A stretch of DNA of 64,000 bases from NCBI GenBank assembly GCA_029717555.1, contig JAMDHS010000098.1, forward strand, positions 1 to 64,000, read 5' to 3'. Under the pieces are notes generated by a model that saw nothing but the letters and a program-made list of their open reading frames with translations, made no database searches and was not told where the DNA came from. The position numbers and the translations under genes were made by a program. Source of the stretch: Peribolospora baueri. Lineage: Eukaryota. Positions 51,800 to 64,000 of this stretch are shown here, piece by piece; position 1 is the stretch's first letter; each line of letters opens with the position of its first letter.

Positions 51800-54700
51800 A
51801 TGAGCGTCGCCGCTTTCGACTCCAAGCCGCCGACCATGCGGACGTTGGGACAGCCGAGGACCGACTTTTATCAGTCGCCGCCGTCGTCCGCCCCCAACTC
51901 CTCCTCGCCCACGCCCACCGCCGCCACCTTTCCCGCCGCCTTCTCTTCCACCGCCGCTCGTACCCCCAACCGGTCCATGCCTCCCTTCTTCCACCATCCC
52001 CCGCACTCCACCGCCGCCGCCGCCGTCAAGCCGTCGTATCCGCATTCCCTCCTGGCCTCTTCCCCCCCACCGCCATGGTCCCCATTATCTTCATCCAAAG
52101 ACGCTTCCTCTCCGCCCGGCCCACCCACGGCCTTCGACCTGTCCATGCGATGGCCCCCTTTCCGCCCCGACGGAACTGATCCGCTCGAGCTCAGCTCCCA
52201 GCTCTTCGCCGACGTCTTCCAGAGGGCCGTCGCCGCGCCGACCGACCCTTCGTCGAGATCGGCCGTTCACATCGACAGCCAAGGGCCGAGCGCAAACTGG
52301 AGGATCAGGAAAGCCGACCTTGCAAAGGAGCGCGGCAGGGGCAAGGCCGACGAAGCGGCGTCCTGGCGTCGCTCCGCCGACGACCCTCCTCCGAGGCGCC
52401 ACTGGAGGGACCGCGCAGAGCGCGGGAGCGACGAGCGCAGTCGAGACAGCTTTTCACAGCCGTCCTCCTTCGAGGACCTCGCTCCGACATCGACGTCGAC
52501 GTCCACCTCGACCGCCGCCCGTTCGCAGAAAGGGTTCAAGGTCGCCGATCGCTCGTCCAACGCCGCCGCTCCTTCTTCATCCCATGCCCTTCCTCCTCAA
52601 GACCTTCCCGATCCCGCTCGCGGCCAACTCCCCGCATTCTCCCTTCTTTCCAGCTCTCCCGTGAAGACGCCGATGAAGCAGGAACAATTCCCCCTTTCCC
52701 AGCAAGAGAACTGGATGTTGACGCCGACCAGCAGCCTGCCCAGCCTCATGAGCCTCCCCGGTACGCCCACCACCGCAGCCTCCGCCGCCAAGCGTGTCGA
52801 CGAGGCCGGTAAGAAGGCCGGCGAATCGCTCGCCGATCGCGTCTCCAACTGGCGCCAGCCCGTCGTCGTCGTCGCCGAACGCGACCCGCCGAGGTCCCAC
52901 GGTCGTTCCCCGCTCGCTCCGACCACCCGGTCTTCCCAGCTCGCAACGTCTACCACCGCCCAAACCTCCGCCGGCGGGAGCGTCCCGTTCCCGTTCGGCC
53001 CACAGGAGGAGGATGGTCAGGCTCAGCGCGTTTCCGATCCACCCTCTGTCTCCCCACTCGCTCGACGCTTTCAGTACGCCCCTCTGTCCGGCCAGTCCAC
53101 CGCCGGCGCGAGCCCCAGTCCCGCCACTACGACGACGACGACGACGACGACGACCGCAGCGGCCGAGCCGGCGTTTTCGGCTATACCGCAGCGCTGGAGC
53201 CCCTGGTTGCGCAACAAATCCCCCGCCCACACCCACACCCACCACGTCGCGCGGTCGGCCGCGAACGGTTCGCCCAAGTTGGACACCCGTCTCGCCGTCG
53301 GCAGCAACACGGCCACCTCTTCGCCCTCCGCGTGGGAGCGCCAGCTCGAGTGGGGCGGCGCCGGCGCCGGCGCCAGCAGGGACGGTGGAGGTGGTCATTG
53401 GCGCCGTCCGAGCTCGGTATCGGTGGCGTCCCAGCACGCCCGCGACCCACGCGGCTTGGCTTTGACTCACTCCCGACGCACCTCTTTCGTCTCGAGCTCT
53501 GGACACAGCGTCGTCTCTCGTGGCCGCAGTCGGCACCTGTCCGGCGCGCCCAGTGTCGAGCTCGACTCGGACGTGGCGCACTACGATCGCATGCGCACGC
53601 CCAGCTTGCGTGGCGTCAGCAGGTCCGCCGATCCAGGTAGCGGCAGCGAGGCCGGCTTCAGGAGCAGGCGAAGCAGCGTTTACAGCGTCGTCAGCCCCGT
53701 CTTATCGCCGCCACCGCCAGAGTCCGACGCGCACCCGAGCCGCCATTCTTTCAGCCGCCCGTCCAGTCGGGCTAGCAGCCGAGGAGGCCTGTCCGGCCCC
53801 GGCGTGGGCGTGGGCCTTGCACGACGCCAATCCAGCGGCCTCGTGAGTATGCAGGAGGGCGCGGGCGGAGAGGAAGCCACCGCTGCCGCCGCCGCGGCGG
53901 CGGTTGCGACGGTGACGGAGGCGTTGAGGGCGTCGTCGTTGCTGCTCGCCTCGCCTCTTTCGGCAAGCGCCGCGCCGTCGGACGGACGAAGCCCGGGCCC
54001 GGTGGGCCGACTGGCTGTCGAGCCGGGCGAGGCGCCGCTCCCAGAGGAGGAGGATGTGTTGTTGGTGGATCCGGACGTGCTCTCGGACGTCGACGGACCG
54101 CTCTTTCCCCCTTTCGAGACGTTCTCCGATGCCGACGGCGAGGGAGAGGGCGAGGGCGAGCACGAGCCCGAGATGCTTTTCACCGCCGCCCACCCTTCCG
54201 CCGAGGGCGCCGCCGTACACATCTTCTCCCCCGGCGACCGCATCGGCCCGGGCGTGCGCATGGCCGACGGACACGTGATCCGCGTCGCATCCACGAGCGG
54301 CGAGTTTGAGGGCGAGATGGACAAGACCGGTATCTGGTCCGGCGACGGCTGTGGCGGTGGAGGTCAGCTGGAGGTGGTGAGGATGCTAGGTGAGGGAAGC
54401 TATGCTGTCGTTTACCTCGTCAGGGAGGTTGACGAGGAGGAAGAGGACGAGGACGAAAGTCGAACCGGGTCCGCGTCGGACGGGGAAGACGCATTGCACG
54501 CGCTCGGTATCCCCGTGCCCGTCACTCCGCGTGGACGTGGATCCGCGAAGCGGCCATCCTTGGCCACAGGTCCGTTCGCCAGCGCCAAGTCCCCCGAAGG
54601 CTCGGCCGATGTGGAGGAGCCTTGGGAGGAGGAGCAGACGCTCCGAAGTCGCGGTGGTGCCGGGCCCTTGGCCTCCGTCCGGTGCCGGTCCACGTCCACG

Positions 54701-56730
54701 TCCTCGTCCGCCGAGTCGGCTCGACCGGCGCGCGAGTTTGCGCTCAAGTGCCTGTCGAAGAGCGACCTGAGCGAGGACATGTTGGAAGTCCAGAGGCTCG
54801 AAGCCACCATCCACCAATCTCTGCCCTTCCACCCGAACATTGTTACGCTTCACCGCGTCTACGAGACGCCCGAATGGCTCTTCCTCGTCCTCGAGTACTG
54901 TCCCGGTCAGGACTTGTATTATTGGCTCGAGCAGGCTCGCGACTCGGCCGTTTCTGACCTCTTGGATAATTTTGCTGGGACGTCGCTCAACGAGGAAACC
55001 GATGACGACGACAACAACAACAACAGCAACAAGAACTACAACAACAACAACAACGACGACGACGACGGGGAACGGGCGCGGACAGAGAGAGAGGACATGG
55101 ATGCCACGCCACCGTCGCCATCTTTGCTCGCCTCGACAGCCGGCGCGACGTTGCTTTCCCGTCGCCGACTCCGACTGATCGGACGCATGTTCTGCCAGAT
55201 GTGCGACGCCGTTCAGTTCTGTCATGATCACGGTATTAGCCATCGGGATATTAAGCCGGAGAACTTTATTGTCGAGGATCGAAGGGGCGGCAGCGTCGAC
55301 GGAAGCGGAATCGGACGAGAGCGAGAGCGAGAGCGAGAGGAGGAAGGCGTCGTCGTCAAGCTCACCGACTTTGGCCTCGCTACTGCTCAGACGAACTGCG
55401 AGGATTTTGATTGTGGAAGCAAGCCTTACATGGCCTATGGTGCGTCGTCGTCTTTTTTATTTTATTTTTTTTATTATTTCAGTCTTTGTCCACCGAACTG
55501 ACGTTGTTCCCATCGTCCCCGTCTCCAGAGTGTCGGAACAACCTCCACCCTTCTTACGACCCTCGTCAAGCCGACGTCTGGTCGCTCGGCATTGTCCTCC
55601 TCAACCTCTTGTATCACCGCTGTCCCTTCTCCGACCCTTGTCCCGGTGACGATCCCTCCTTCGACTCGTTCCGCGCCGACCCGGTGAAGTACCTCGTCGA
55701 GTGCTTCGAAGGCCTGCCCGAGGGAGCGGCCAATTTCCTGGCCCGCAATGTCTTTTGCGAGGTCGAGCCGGGTAAGATGACGCGTAGGGTGTCGGCCAAG
55801 GAGTTTGGCGAGTGGGCCAGCGACCTCGCTTGCCGCATGGGCCTCAACCCGGGCGCGAGGACGAAGAGGGTGAGCAAGGGCTCTTGGAACTCGGCGACCG
55901 TGCCGCTAGTCCACTCCCGCGCCTCCTCTGTCTCTCGTCTCTCCTCCTTCGCCGGCTCGCCCAAAGTCCGCAACCGGGCGGCCCTTGTCGAGGAGCTCGA
56001 AGGTGACCATCATCTCCACCACCACCACCTCCCTCCGTCGCCTTCTCCCGGCCACGCGACGACGGTCTCGTTGAACGCTCGCACCTCTCTCATACACGCC
56101 CGAGCCGCCACGCTCATCGAACCGCCCACGCCCGAGTCGCTACCGTCTCCCAATTTTTCTCCGCCAATGCGCACCTCCGCCGCCTTTGCGCTGCCGGTGG
56201 GCAGCGTGACGCCGAACATCCACGTCGACACGTCGGTGTCGCCCCCTCCACCTCCACCACGGTCGTCTGCGCCTCCCAGCCCGTCACAGCGGTCGTCGAG
56301 CCACCTGATCGTGACGCCGGTCTCGGGCGGATCGTCCGAATCGCCCGTCTCGCCCGCCGTGTCCACGGCGTCGCACTCAAAACGGCGCAAGCGAGGCGCG
56401 AGGAAGAACAAGGCGGCGCGCGAGCAAGCCCTGCGAGAAAAGGAGGCTGCCGCGGAGAGCCGGCGCAGCTCTGGCGACGCTCGGTCGTCGACGAGCGAGG
56501 CGCCCGAGATGGCCGTCCTCGAAACGGGCGCCGCGGGCGTCATGGAGAGTCGGGAACCGTCGCCGCCACCGCTACCGCCGCCACCGTCGTCGTTGGCCGT
56601 CGGTGTTCTCGGGGGCGGCAGCCGTTTCCACGACGCGCTCCTCGCCGAGCCCGCGGCTGCCTCGCAGTCTCTGGCGCGGGAGATTAGCAAGAAGAAGAAG
56701 GAGCTGGCTGGCGCGATTCGCGGGTCGTAG
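51800..56730 (+). CDS. Ser/Thr protein kinase, Ran1/Pat1-Sks1-Ksp1-like (about 1613 aa)
   Basis: LGEGSYAVVY, FALKCL, HPNIVTL, LVLEYCPGQDLYYWL, HRDIKPENF, VKLTDFGLA, CGSKPYMAYECRN, DVWSLGIVLLNL. Single intron 55440-55528. Confidence 0.93.
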
Positions 56731-59700
56731 GCGCCGCCTCCTTCCTCTCTTGTCCGTGTACCTCCACCCTCCCCTCTCCGTTCGTTCGTCTGTCCTTCTT
56801 CCACCATTCTATTCATCCACGCCCAACCAGGCCTTATGTACGTGCATGTAAGGTTAATTCCTCCCTCCATTCATCCAACCATCCAACGTCGCCGCCCGTC
56901 AAGGCAGGCAAGGCCCAGCGCAACGAACGAGTGAGAGTGGGCCACGAGCGAGCGAAGAAGTCCTGTCGCATTCCGTTTCCATTCCGTTTGGACCGTTCCG
57001 TAGTAGGATTTGTACGAGAAACAACAACAACAGGACGAGACGAGACGAAAAGGCACGAGTGAGCGAGCGGGGCAAGGTTGCTTGCTATGTTAGTAGCACC
57101 CTTTGCTTGGCTTTGCTTGGCTTTGAATCTGTTTTGTCTCGTCTCGGTCGGGTCGGGTCGTACGGACGAAACGAAACGAAACGAAACGTCCCCCCCAAAA
57201 AAGAATCGGCTAGGGCGATGGCGATGGCGGGGCGTCGGTCGCCGCGATGGACGGGGTGGAGTCGGCTTGGTTAACGAACGAACGAACGAACGAACGTCTC
57301 CATTCGAGCGGCCGCACCATGCCACCGGCCGTTCGAGACGGAGGAGAGGAAAAGTGATTTTTTCCTTGTCTTTCGGTCCATCTGCAATTGCATATCCTCA
57401 TCCATCCATCGAAGCCTTGCAAAGCCAAGCCAAGCCAAGCGTTGTCCTCGCGCGAGGCGGGGCAGGGCTCTTGGCGCTCGCTCGCCCGCGCACGTTTGTC
57501 GTCGTCTGTCTGTCTGTCGGTCGGTCGGGTGTCCATGCCCATGGATGAGGAGGTGAGAGGCGGCGGACGGAGCACTGTAGGACACGACACCACAACGACA
57601 CGATACGACACGAAACGATACGGCTTGGCTCGGGTCGCCTAGCAAGGATAGGTAAGAGGAGAGAGCCGGGTCGACCGGACGGCCCGACGACACAGGGACG
57701 ACAACGACAACGACGACGGCGACGGGTTCTATGGCGAGTCGCGGCCGCGTGCAGTCTCTGGCACATGCCTCACACCCGCGGTGATGGAAGTGGAAGAAGA
57801 AGAAGAAGAAGGACGCGGGCGAGGTGCCGAGATAGATAGCGGGCAGCGGCCTGCCAAGCCTCCTCGTCCCGTCCAAGTCAAGCTCAGAGCCCGCTCGGCC
57901 GGCCAGTTGTGCCTCCGTCGAGGTTCGCGGCCCCCAACTCGTCTCGAGCATGTTCCAGCCCGCCTTGCCCCCCTTTTCCCTCGGTCCGATACCTGACTGA
58001 CAGATGGACTGACTGAGGGGCGGACAGACTGACTGACTGACCTGACCGACTAGTTCCGCCCGAACCGGGCGGTGACCGACGCGGCTGCTCTCTCTACGCG
58101 ACGGAAACGAACGACGGCTGGCTTAAAGCATCGTCGTCGTCATCGCCTTGGTCGGGAAGTCGCGTGCGCCAACAGACAGACAGACAGGAAGGCAGGCAAC
58201 TGCTCACTAGCTAGCCAGCTTGTCGTCATCGTCGTCGTCGTCGTCGTCGTCCGACCGAGACCGACCGCCAGGGCTGATCTGATCTGGATCGGTGACCCGC
58301 TTCGCAATTAATTTCAAGCGCGTCCGCCCCGTAGATGGAGCGAAGCACGTGCTGCTGCTGCGGCGACCAGGCCGGCTGGACCCGCCTCGACGCGCGTCTG
58401 CCCCTTCCCCTTTCCTTCGTCTTTCCCGACCATGACCAGCGAGCAACTCGATTCGACTCGACTCGACGCAGCCCAACTTGACTTGACCCGGCGCGGCTCG
58501 GCGCGGTGCGGCTCCATGGTGAGCGGCAAGGGCGACGAGGTGCGGACGCTCGGCTGCGAAAGACGGATGGAGGGACAGAGAGAAGGAAAGACGGACAGAC
58601 GGAGACAGACAGGCCGACGGACAGACAGACAGACAGATAGACAGACAGATAGACAAACGCAGCCAACCAGCCAACAAACATGCCCACGCGTCCTCCAACT
58701 GGCTACTCGATGCGAAGAGGCCGACGCCAGCCGGCGCAGCAACGACGCCAACGCCCACTGACGACCGCTGAAAGAGTCCGGCCCTGCTCGGCGGCCCGGC
58801 GGAGCGACGGGAAGGGAGGGGGCGATCGGTGGCACAGACGTCGGCGGCCTTGTACGACCTTACATGCTTGCGCCGGACGAAATAATCCTCCTCCTCCTCG
58901 AGCCAGTCCAGTCGCGGCAGACGAGCATAGCGTTCGGGACCCGTACATACATTCGTGCTCACTCCTTCCCTTCTTTCCACCCCTCCGCGCCTCTGCGACC
59001 AGGCCACAGACCACTTGGGCCGCGCAGGACAAAGTCTCGGACACGGACTCGTACACGGACGCGGGCGCGGACGCGGACGAGGGGCGACCGACGGACGTCC
59101 AAGTGATATACCTCGTCCCTCCGCCCGCCGTCTTCTGGATGTTCGCCTATCCTCTCCCTTCCTTCCCACCTCCCTCCCTTCCTCCACGCCATTCCAGCCC
59201 GCCTGTTGCCGCTCGCTGCCCCGACGGCTCCACCCTCCTTCCTTCCAGCCTTCCTTCCGTCCTTCCTCGTCCCTGACTGGCCCGCGACGTCGTCTTCTGC
59301 TGCTGGCCTCCCCCCTCTCCCTAACCCCATCCCCAACGCATCCCATCGTCTCGCCCCTCCTATCGTGGCAGGCACACCAGATTACTCGCACCCGGACGTT
59401 CGATCACCACGCACCTCGCGCGTAGTCCGCGCCTGCTGGCCTGTACTTCGACGAACCGCCTCCCCCGGCTATCGGCTCCTTGGCTTGCTTTCCTTGGCTT
59501 ACTCTCCCAGCTGCCCACCCGCCTGCCAGCCCCTTCTCTTCGCCTGCTCACCCCCCGCACGAAGGAACGCACGAAGGGGACCGACGCTCGGCGCGACCAG
59601 GAGACGCACGCTGTCACAAGCGGCCTGCGTATTGACCGCCGTCTCCATCCTGCCCTGCTGACCCGTCGTCGTACATAACAGACGCGAGAGGCCGACGGCG

Positions 59701-60327
59701 TCGACGACAGCCAGCACCGACCAGCCCGGCTTGCATCCTACGAGACGGACGAACGGAAGGACGGACGGACGGACGGACGGACGAACGACGGTCACTCATC
59801 TGCTCTAGGCTCTATTCGCGCTTCATCAAGACTCTACCTTGCTGCTGCTTCTGCGCCACACGCCTCGCCTCAGAGGAGCCCCAACGGATCGAATTCATTG
59901 TCCGTCCAGCCTCGACTCCAGCTGACGACTCCTTCCGTCCTACAGGTGAGACATAAAGGTTCGCAGTTCGAGCCACCGCCCCTCGATCGAACCCTCTCCC
60001 TATCTTACTCCTCGCCCCAAGCAAACCGTCTCTCACTCTCGTCTTCTTGCCCCTCCCCCCACTCACCCTCCTTCTTCCCCTCCCGGTCCACAGTCTCTCC
60101 TTCAACCCCACCCTCCTTTTAATCCCTCCAGCAATCGCCCTCGCCTTCTTCCCTCGTTCTTTCTTCTTCGCTTTCCATCCCCTCCCTCCTCATCTAATCA
60201 GCGGGCTCCGCTTCGTCGTCGAGCCGCTCTCCCAACATTCTCATCGCCACCTTCCACGACCTTCCAAGCAGTCGTCTTTTCAACCCCGGTCTCGTCGTCT
60301 GCTCTCTTCCAAGTCGCCGCTCATTTG

Positions 60328-60330
<3 letters not shown>

Positions 60331-60368
<38 letters not shown>
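60331..60368. repeat. (CT)19 microsatellite in the leader of the BTG/Tob gene
   Basis: Direct reading. Confidence 0.9.
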
Positions 60369-60371
<3 letters not shown>

Positions 60372-60436
60372 TTCCCCCTCTCCCCCGCCGCCCCGTTCAA
60401 TCGCTTACCACCTCCAAAGCGACCTGACCTCGCGAG

Positions 60437-63109
60437 ATGCACGAAGAGATCGCCTTCGCTGCGACGTGGCTCGCCGAGCACCTCTCTGTATGCTCACATG
60501 CCTCCTCCGCCTTCGTCTCCAGCCTCGTACCCCTCCTCACCGCTCGTTTCGCCTCTAGCTGGGCTCCCGCTGATCCCGAGTTAGGCAGCGCCTATCGAGC
60601 CATCACCAGTTGGGCCGGCGTCCGATACAAGCACACTCCCGACCGCGACGGCGGCTTCGACGACCGTGCCGTGAGAGAGGCTTGTCGTGTCGCTGCTTTG
60701 GCCGAGAATGGAGAGGCCAAGGAGACCGACGAGGGCAGCGGAGGTCGGCCCGTGACGGGATTGGAGCTCGAGCGTCGTCTGCCTCGTTGCACCCTCTGGG
60801 TCGATCCCGGTTGTGTCGCAGTAAGGCTCGAGCCTGCCCCCACACAAACCTTCCAGCCCGGTGCCACCTTCACGCCTCCCGCACCAATCACATGTCTGTG
60901 GGGCCATTTGCCCCCTCGAGTCACCGCGGACGGCCACACCAGACTGCTCGATTTGCTTTCCGGCAACACCGAGCCGTCGACGTCTTCCCCTGGTTCGGTT
61001 TCACGTCGTTCCAGGACGCAACCCGACGGTTGGGCCACCACCACCCACGCCCCGAGGGCCGTACCCATCATCGATCCTTCCAGCTTGGACAGGGACGACT
61101 CGCCGCTCACGCGCCACGCTGGACACGTCCCGGCATCATCCACTTGCGGCATGATCACGTCTGCGAGGAACAACGCCGTCGTCGGACCTCAGCCGCCTCC
61201 GCTTCCCATGTCGCCTCCCACCTTCGTCAACGCCTCGCTCGTGCCTCAGCCGCGTCACGTCAGCCAGGGCTCTGTCTCTTCCCTTCTCTCCGATGCGGGT
61301 AGCGAGTGCCCCTCTCTCGTTGGCGGTCGTCACCCGGCTCGCCAAAACGGCGCCCTCGTCATCGCTCACAGTCCCGGCTCGAGTAGCGTGAGCGGACTGA
61401 GCTTGACGACCAGCAGCGGTAGCGGAAGCGACGAGGACGAGCTTTCCAGTGGAAGCGTCGGGGAACGCAGCCCTGTGGCCGTCGATCATGCTGGCGCCCC
61501 CTTTGCCGTTAATTTGCGGAGCCCCAGCGTGCCCAACCTACCTCTGCCCGTCTTGGACGATGCTGAGATCGCGGACCGCAAGCACGGTCGATTGACTCCT
61601 CAGCAGCAGCAGCAGCAGCAGCAGCAGGACGACGTTGATCGCGCCTTGATGCCGCCTCCTCCCGTGCCTTCTCACCACCGCAACAGCAGCTCCTACGTGG
61701 CCGGCGACCGAGGTGGGGACATGTCCCGCGCGCCCTCGCGTCAGCGTAGCGACTCGGCCGCATCTATCTCGACGGGGTCGCCGCTAGTGGCGTCGGAAGC
61801 CAAATCACGCGGGGCAGGCATGCCTTTGGTCGTTGGCAAAGGCAATTATACCACGCATGACGGTGGCAACGTTGGCGTTCTTGGCGGTGGCGTTCTTCTG
61901 GGTCGTGCGGCCAACAGCGGCAATGGATCGACGTCCTCCGGCCCCGGCAAGCACCGTCGTCCTAACGATTCCGCGAGCCACATGGAGGCCAAGGTAAAAA
62001 GCCGCCACAGTCGGGCGAGTTCCCTGGCGAGTAACACCAGCTTCGTCACCGCCAACAGTTCAACACCGTCCATTTCTCCGAACTGTCCGACCGAGTCCGA
62101 GTTCACCCGGTCTGACTCTACGTCCACCCTCATGCCGCACGGCCGTCGCGGCGCCGAGGAGGTGGAGGACGCTCCGGAGGACGAGTCGGACTTGTCGCCC
62201 GGGATGAACAACGCTGGCACCGACGCGCTGGACCAGGAGGGCGTCCCTCGTCGTCGCGGTCGTGCTCGCGGCCGTCGTTCTCGCGGTCGAGGAGCTGGAC
62301 GGGCTGCAAGGCGCGAGGCCGCGGCCAAGGAGGCGCAGCTGGCCGTCGCACAGCTTCGGCACGAGCAGAACGGCCTCGGCGTCAGCTTCGGCGCCCAGCC
62401 TTATTCGGCCGTGACGACCATGAGCTTCGGCGCCGGTATGCCTCGCTCCGGCCGGGCCGCTCCTCCGCCCGAGCTGAACCTGTCCAAGGCTTCGTCGCCC
62501 CCGTTGGGCTTCTCGCACGGCGTACCCACTCCCGGCAGCGCGACCAGCTTTGCTTCGTCCGCCTCCGGTCCCTCCGTCGGCTCTCTACCGGTCACGCCCG
62601 CCACGCCTTCGTTCGAGCTGCCGGCGCACCATCCCTACCATCCGGTCAGCTTCCCTGACCCTCTCATGGGTCGTCGTCCCTTCTCCTCCCAGGGACCCCA
62701 AGGCGCTCTCGGCCAACGACAGTGGCAGGGTTGCATGGGCGCCGAGATGGCTTACCCTTCGGCGCCCTCCGGCATCGAGTACCTCCCCTCGCCCTCTGGC
62801 AGCGACCAGCCGATCCTCGTTGGCGGAGAGAGGCGCTTCCCTTCTCTCCTGCCATCCTCTCACAAGACACATGACGTCTACCGCCCCGTCGACATTCCCG
62901 TCTCCCTCCCGCCTCACCTCTCTCTGCAGGGACAGGCGCACGTTGGTGGTGGTGGTGTCCCCACCACCGGTTCGGGCGCCACCACACCTAGGTGCTACTC
63001 TTCCCTTGGCGTCAAGGGAGGTGCTTCCGGCAGGCTTTCGGCCTTTGGCGCCGTCGTGGGCATGGAGGGCGAGAAGACGCCGAGGCAGAGCAGCCTTGCC
63101 GCGTTTTGA
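60437..63109 (+). CDS. BTG/Tob (APRO) domain protein with long disordered C-terminus, 890 aa, intronless CDS
   Basis: N-terminal MHEEIAFAATWL, box-A-like RFASSWAPADPELGSAYRAI and box-B-like LPRCTLWVDPGCVAVRL. Confidence 0.82.
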   Translation: MHEEIAFAATWLAEHLSVCSHASSAFVSSLVPLLTARFASSWAPADPELGSAYRAITSWAGVRYKHTPDRDGGFDDRAVREACRVAALAENGEAKETDEGSGGRPVTGLELERRLPRCTLWVDPGCVAVRLEPAPTQTFQPGATFTPPAPITCLWGHLPPRVTADGHTRLLDLLSGNTEPSTSSPGSVSRRSRTQPDGWATTTHAPRAVPIIDPSSLDRDDSPLTRHAGHVPASSTCGMITSARNNAVVGPQPPPLPMSPPTFVNASLVPQPRHVSQGSVSSLLSDAGSECPSLVGGRHPARQNGALVIAHSPGSSSVSGLSLTTSSGSGSDEDELSSGSVGERSPVAVDHAGAPFAVNLRSPSVPNLPLPVLDDAEIADRKHGRLTPQQQQQQQQQDDVDRALMPPPPVPSHHRNSSSYVAGDRGGDMSRAPSRQRSDSAASISTGSPLVASEAKSRGAGMPLVVGKGNYTTHDGGNVGVLGGGVLLGRAANSGNGSTSSGPGKHRRPNDSASHMEAKVKSRHSRASSLASNTSFVTANSSTPSISPNCPTESEFTRSDSTSTLMPHGRRGAEEVEDAPEDESDLSPGMNNAGTDALDQEGVPRRRGRARGRRSRGRGAGRAARREAAAKEAQLAVAQLRHEQNGLGVSFGAQPYSAVTTMSFGAGMPRSGRAAPPPELNLSKASSPPLGFSHGVPTPGSATSFASSASGPSVGSLPVTPATPSFELPAHHPYHPVSFPDPLMGRRPFSSQGPQGALGQRQWQGCMGAEMAYPSAPSGIEYLPSPSGSDQPILVGGERRFPSLLPSSHKTHDVYRPVDIPVSLPPHLSLQGQAHVGGGGVPTTGSGATTPRCYSSLGVKGGASGRLSAFGAVVGMEGEKTPRQSSLAAF

Positions 63110-64000
63110 TCCGGCGATTCTCGTTCCTTTTTCGACCGACATGGTCCCCTTTTACTTCGTCTTCGTCTCTCGTTGTACAAATTTTCTTCCCTTCTTTTTG
63201 GCTTTCCTTTTTTTATTCTGGTTTCGACTTCTCTTTCTCTCTCTCCATCTCTTTCTCTTTCTCGTTCGTCTTCCTTTGCCAATCTTCCGTACCATACAGT
63301 ACACATCGGACACTTCTCGATCGTTATCTCTCCTCCGGCCCCGGTCCATCCGGTCCGTCGTCGTCTGTCATATATGCCTTCCTCGTCGCTCGTCTGTTTT
63401 CAGCGCTTCGTGTGTACTCCCTCGGCCTCCCTTTCGTCTCTTTCGCCATGTTGTGTTCTTCTCTTCCCCCTTTCCAATAGCTTGTCGTTGTAGTCTGCTC
63501 CACCTCCCCGCTCCCACCACATCTTCGACGCTTCGACATCCAGCAACGTACGTCCTGTCCTTCGACCAACCGCTTCTGGGGTCGACGTACGACACATACA
63601 ATCTGCCCCAGCCGTCCGTCCGTCCTCAAAGTTTCGTCTCGTCACTTCCTTCCCGTCGCGCCCAACCCAAACCTCCCTTTCGTCGTTCCTCGTTCGCACT
63701 TTTGCACTCGGCCCTTCGCCGCGCTCTACCCTCTTCGCTGTGCATAACTCACTCGCTCGCTTGTTCCAACTCCCAGCTCGTCTCCCCCTGCTCCTCTCTT
63801 TTGTGTGTGTGTGTGCGTGTGTGTTTTTCCCCTTCGTCCGGAGCCGGAAAGGTTAGACGCTTCTTTCCTCATCTCTCCCTTCTCTCGAGACCTCTCTTTC
63901 CGCCGCTCGTTCGAATCCCGTCTGTCTGTCCGTTCGTTCGTTCGCCGTCGACACCTCTCGTTCAATCGCACCGTTTTTTCCCTTCGACGAGCTCTGTGTG

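Noticed and set aside
60848..60880. FQPGATFTPP as a PAM2 motif in the BTG/Tob protein
   Set aside because: The spacing does not fit L-x-x-x-A-x-x-F-x-P.

Overview
GC-rich, intron-dense fungal genomic DNA. The GTGAGT/GTAAGT donors, CTGAC/CTAAC/CTCAC branch points, short introns and gene content point to a basidiomycete. Hand-splicing gives 14 intact protein-coding genes: BTN1/CLN3, a tandem-CCCH (TTP/Cth1/Zfs1-like) RNA-binding protein, MCM3, a PTS1-bearing hotdog thioesterase, MIOX, an NRAMP/SMF transporter, Rab11/YPT31, an uncharacterised protein, MAK11, PCK1, BLM10/PA200, RXT2, a Ran1/Ksp1-like kinase and a BTG/Tob-domain protein. There is also a frameshifted, internally deleted GH106 pseudogene and a probable ~620-bp non-autonomous TIR element. 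The most interesting items are: (1) the uncharacterised gene at 26.2-29.2 kb, whose spliced product resembles from memory a bacterial domain usually fused to AcuC/HDAC-type deacetylases; (2) the MITE-like element; (3) a candidate structured ncRNA divergent from MAK11; (4) the GH106 relic; (5) several micro-exons and non-canonical splice sites that hide conserved motifs from the ORF track. No tRNA, rRNA or CRISPR array was recognised. All family assignments come from motif recognition without database searches.
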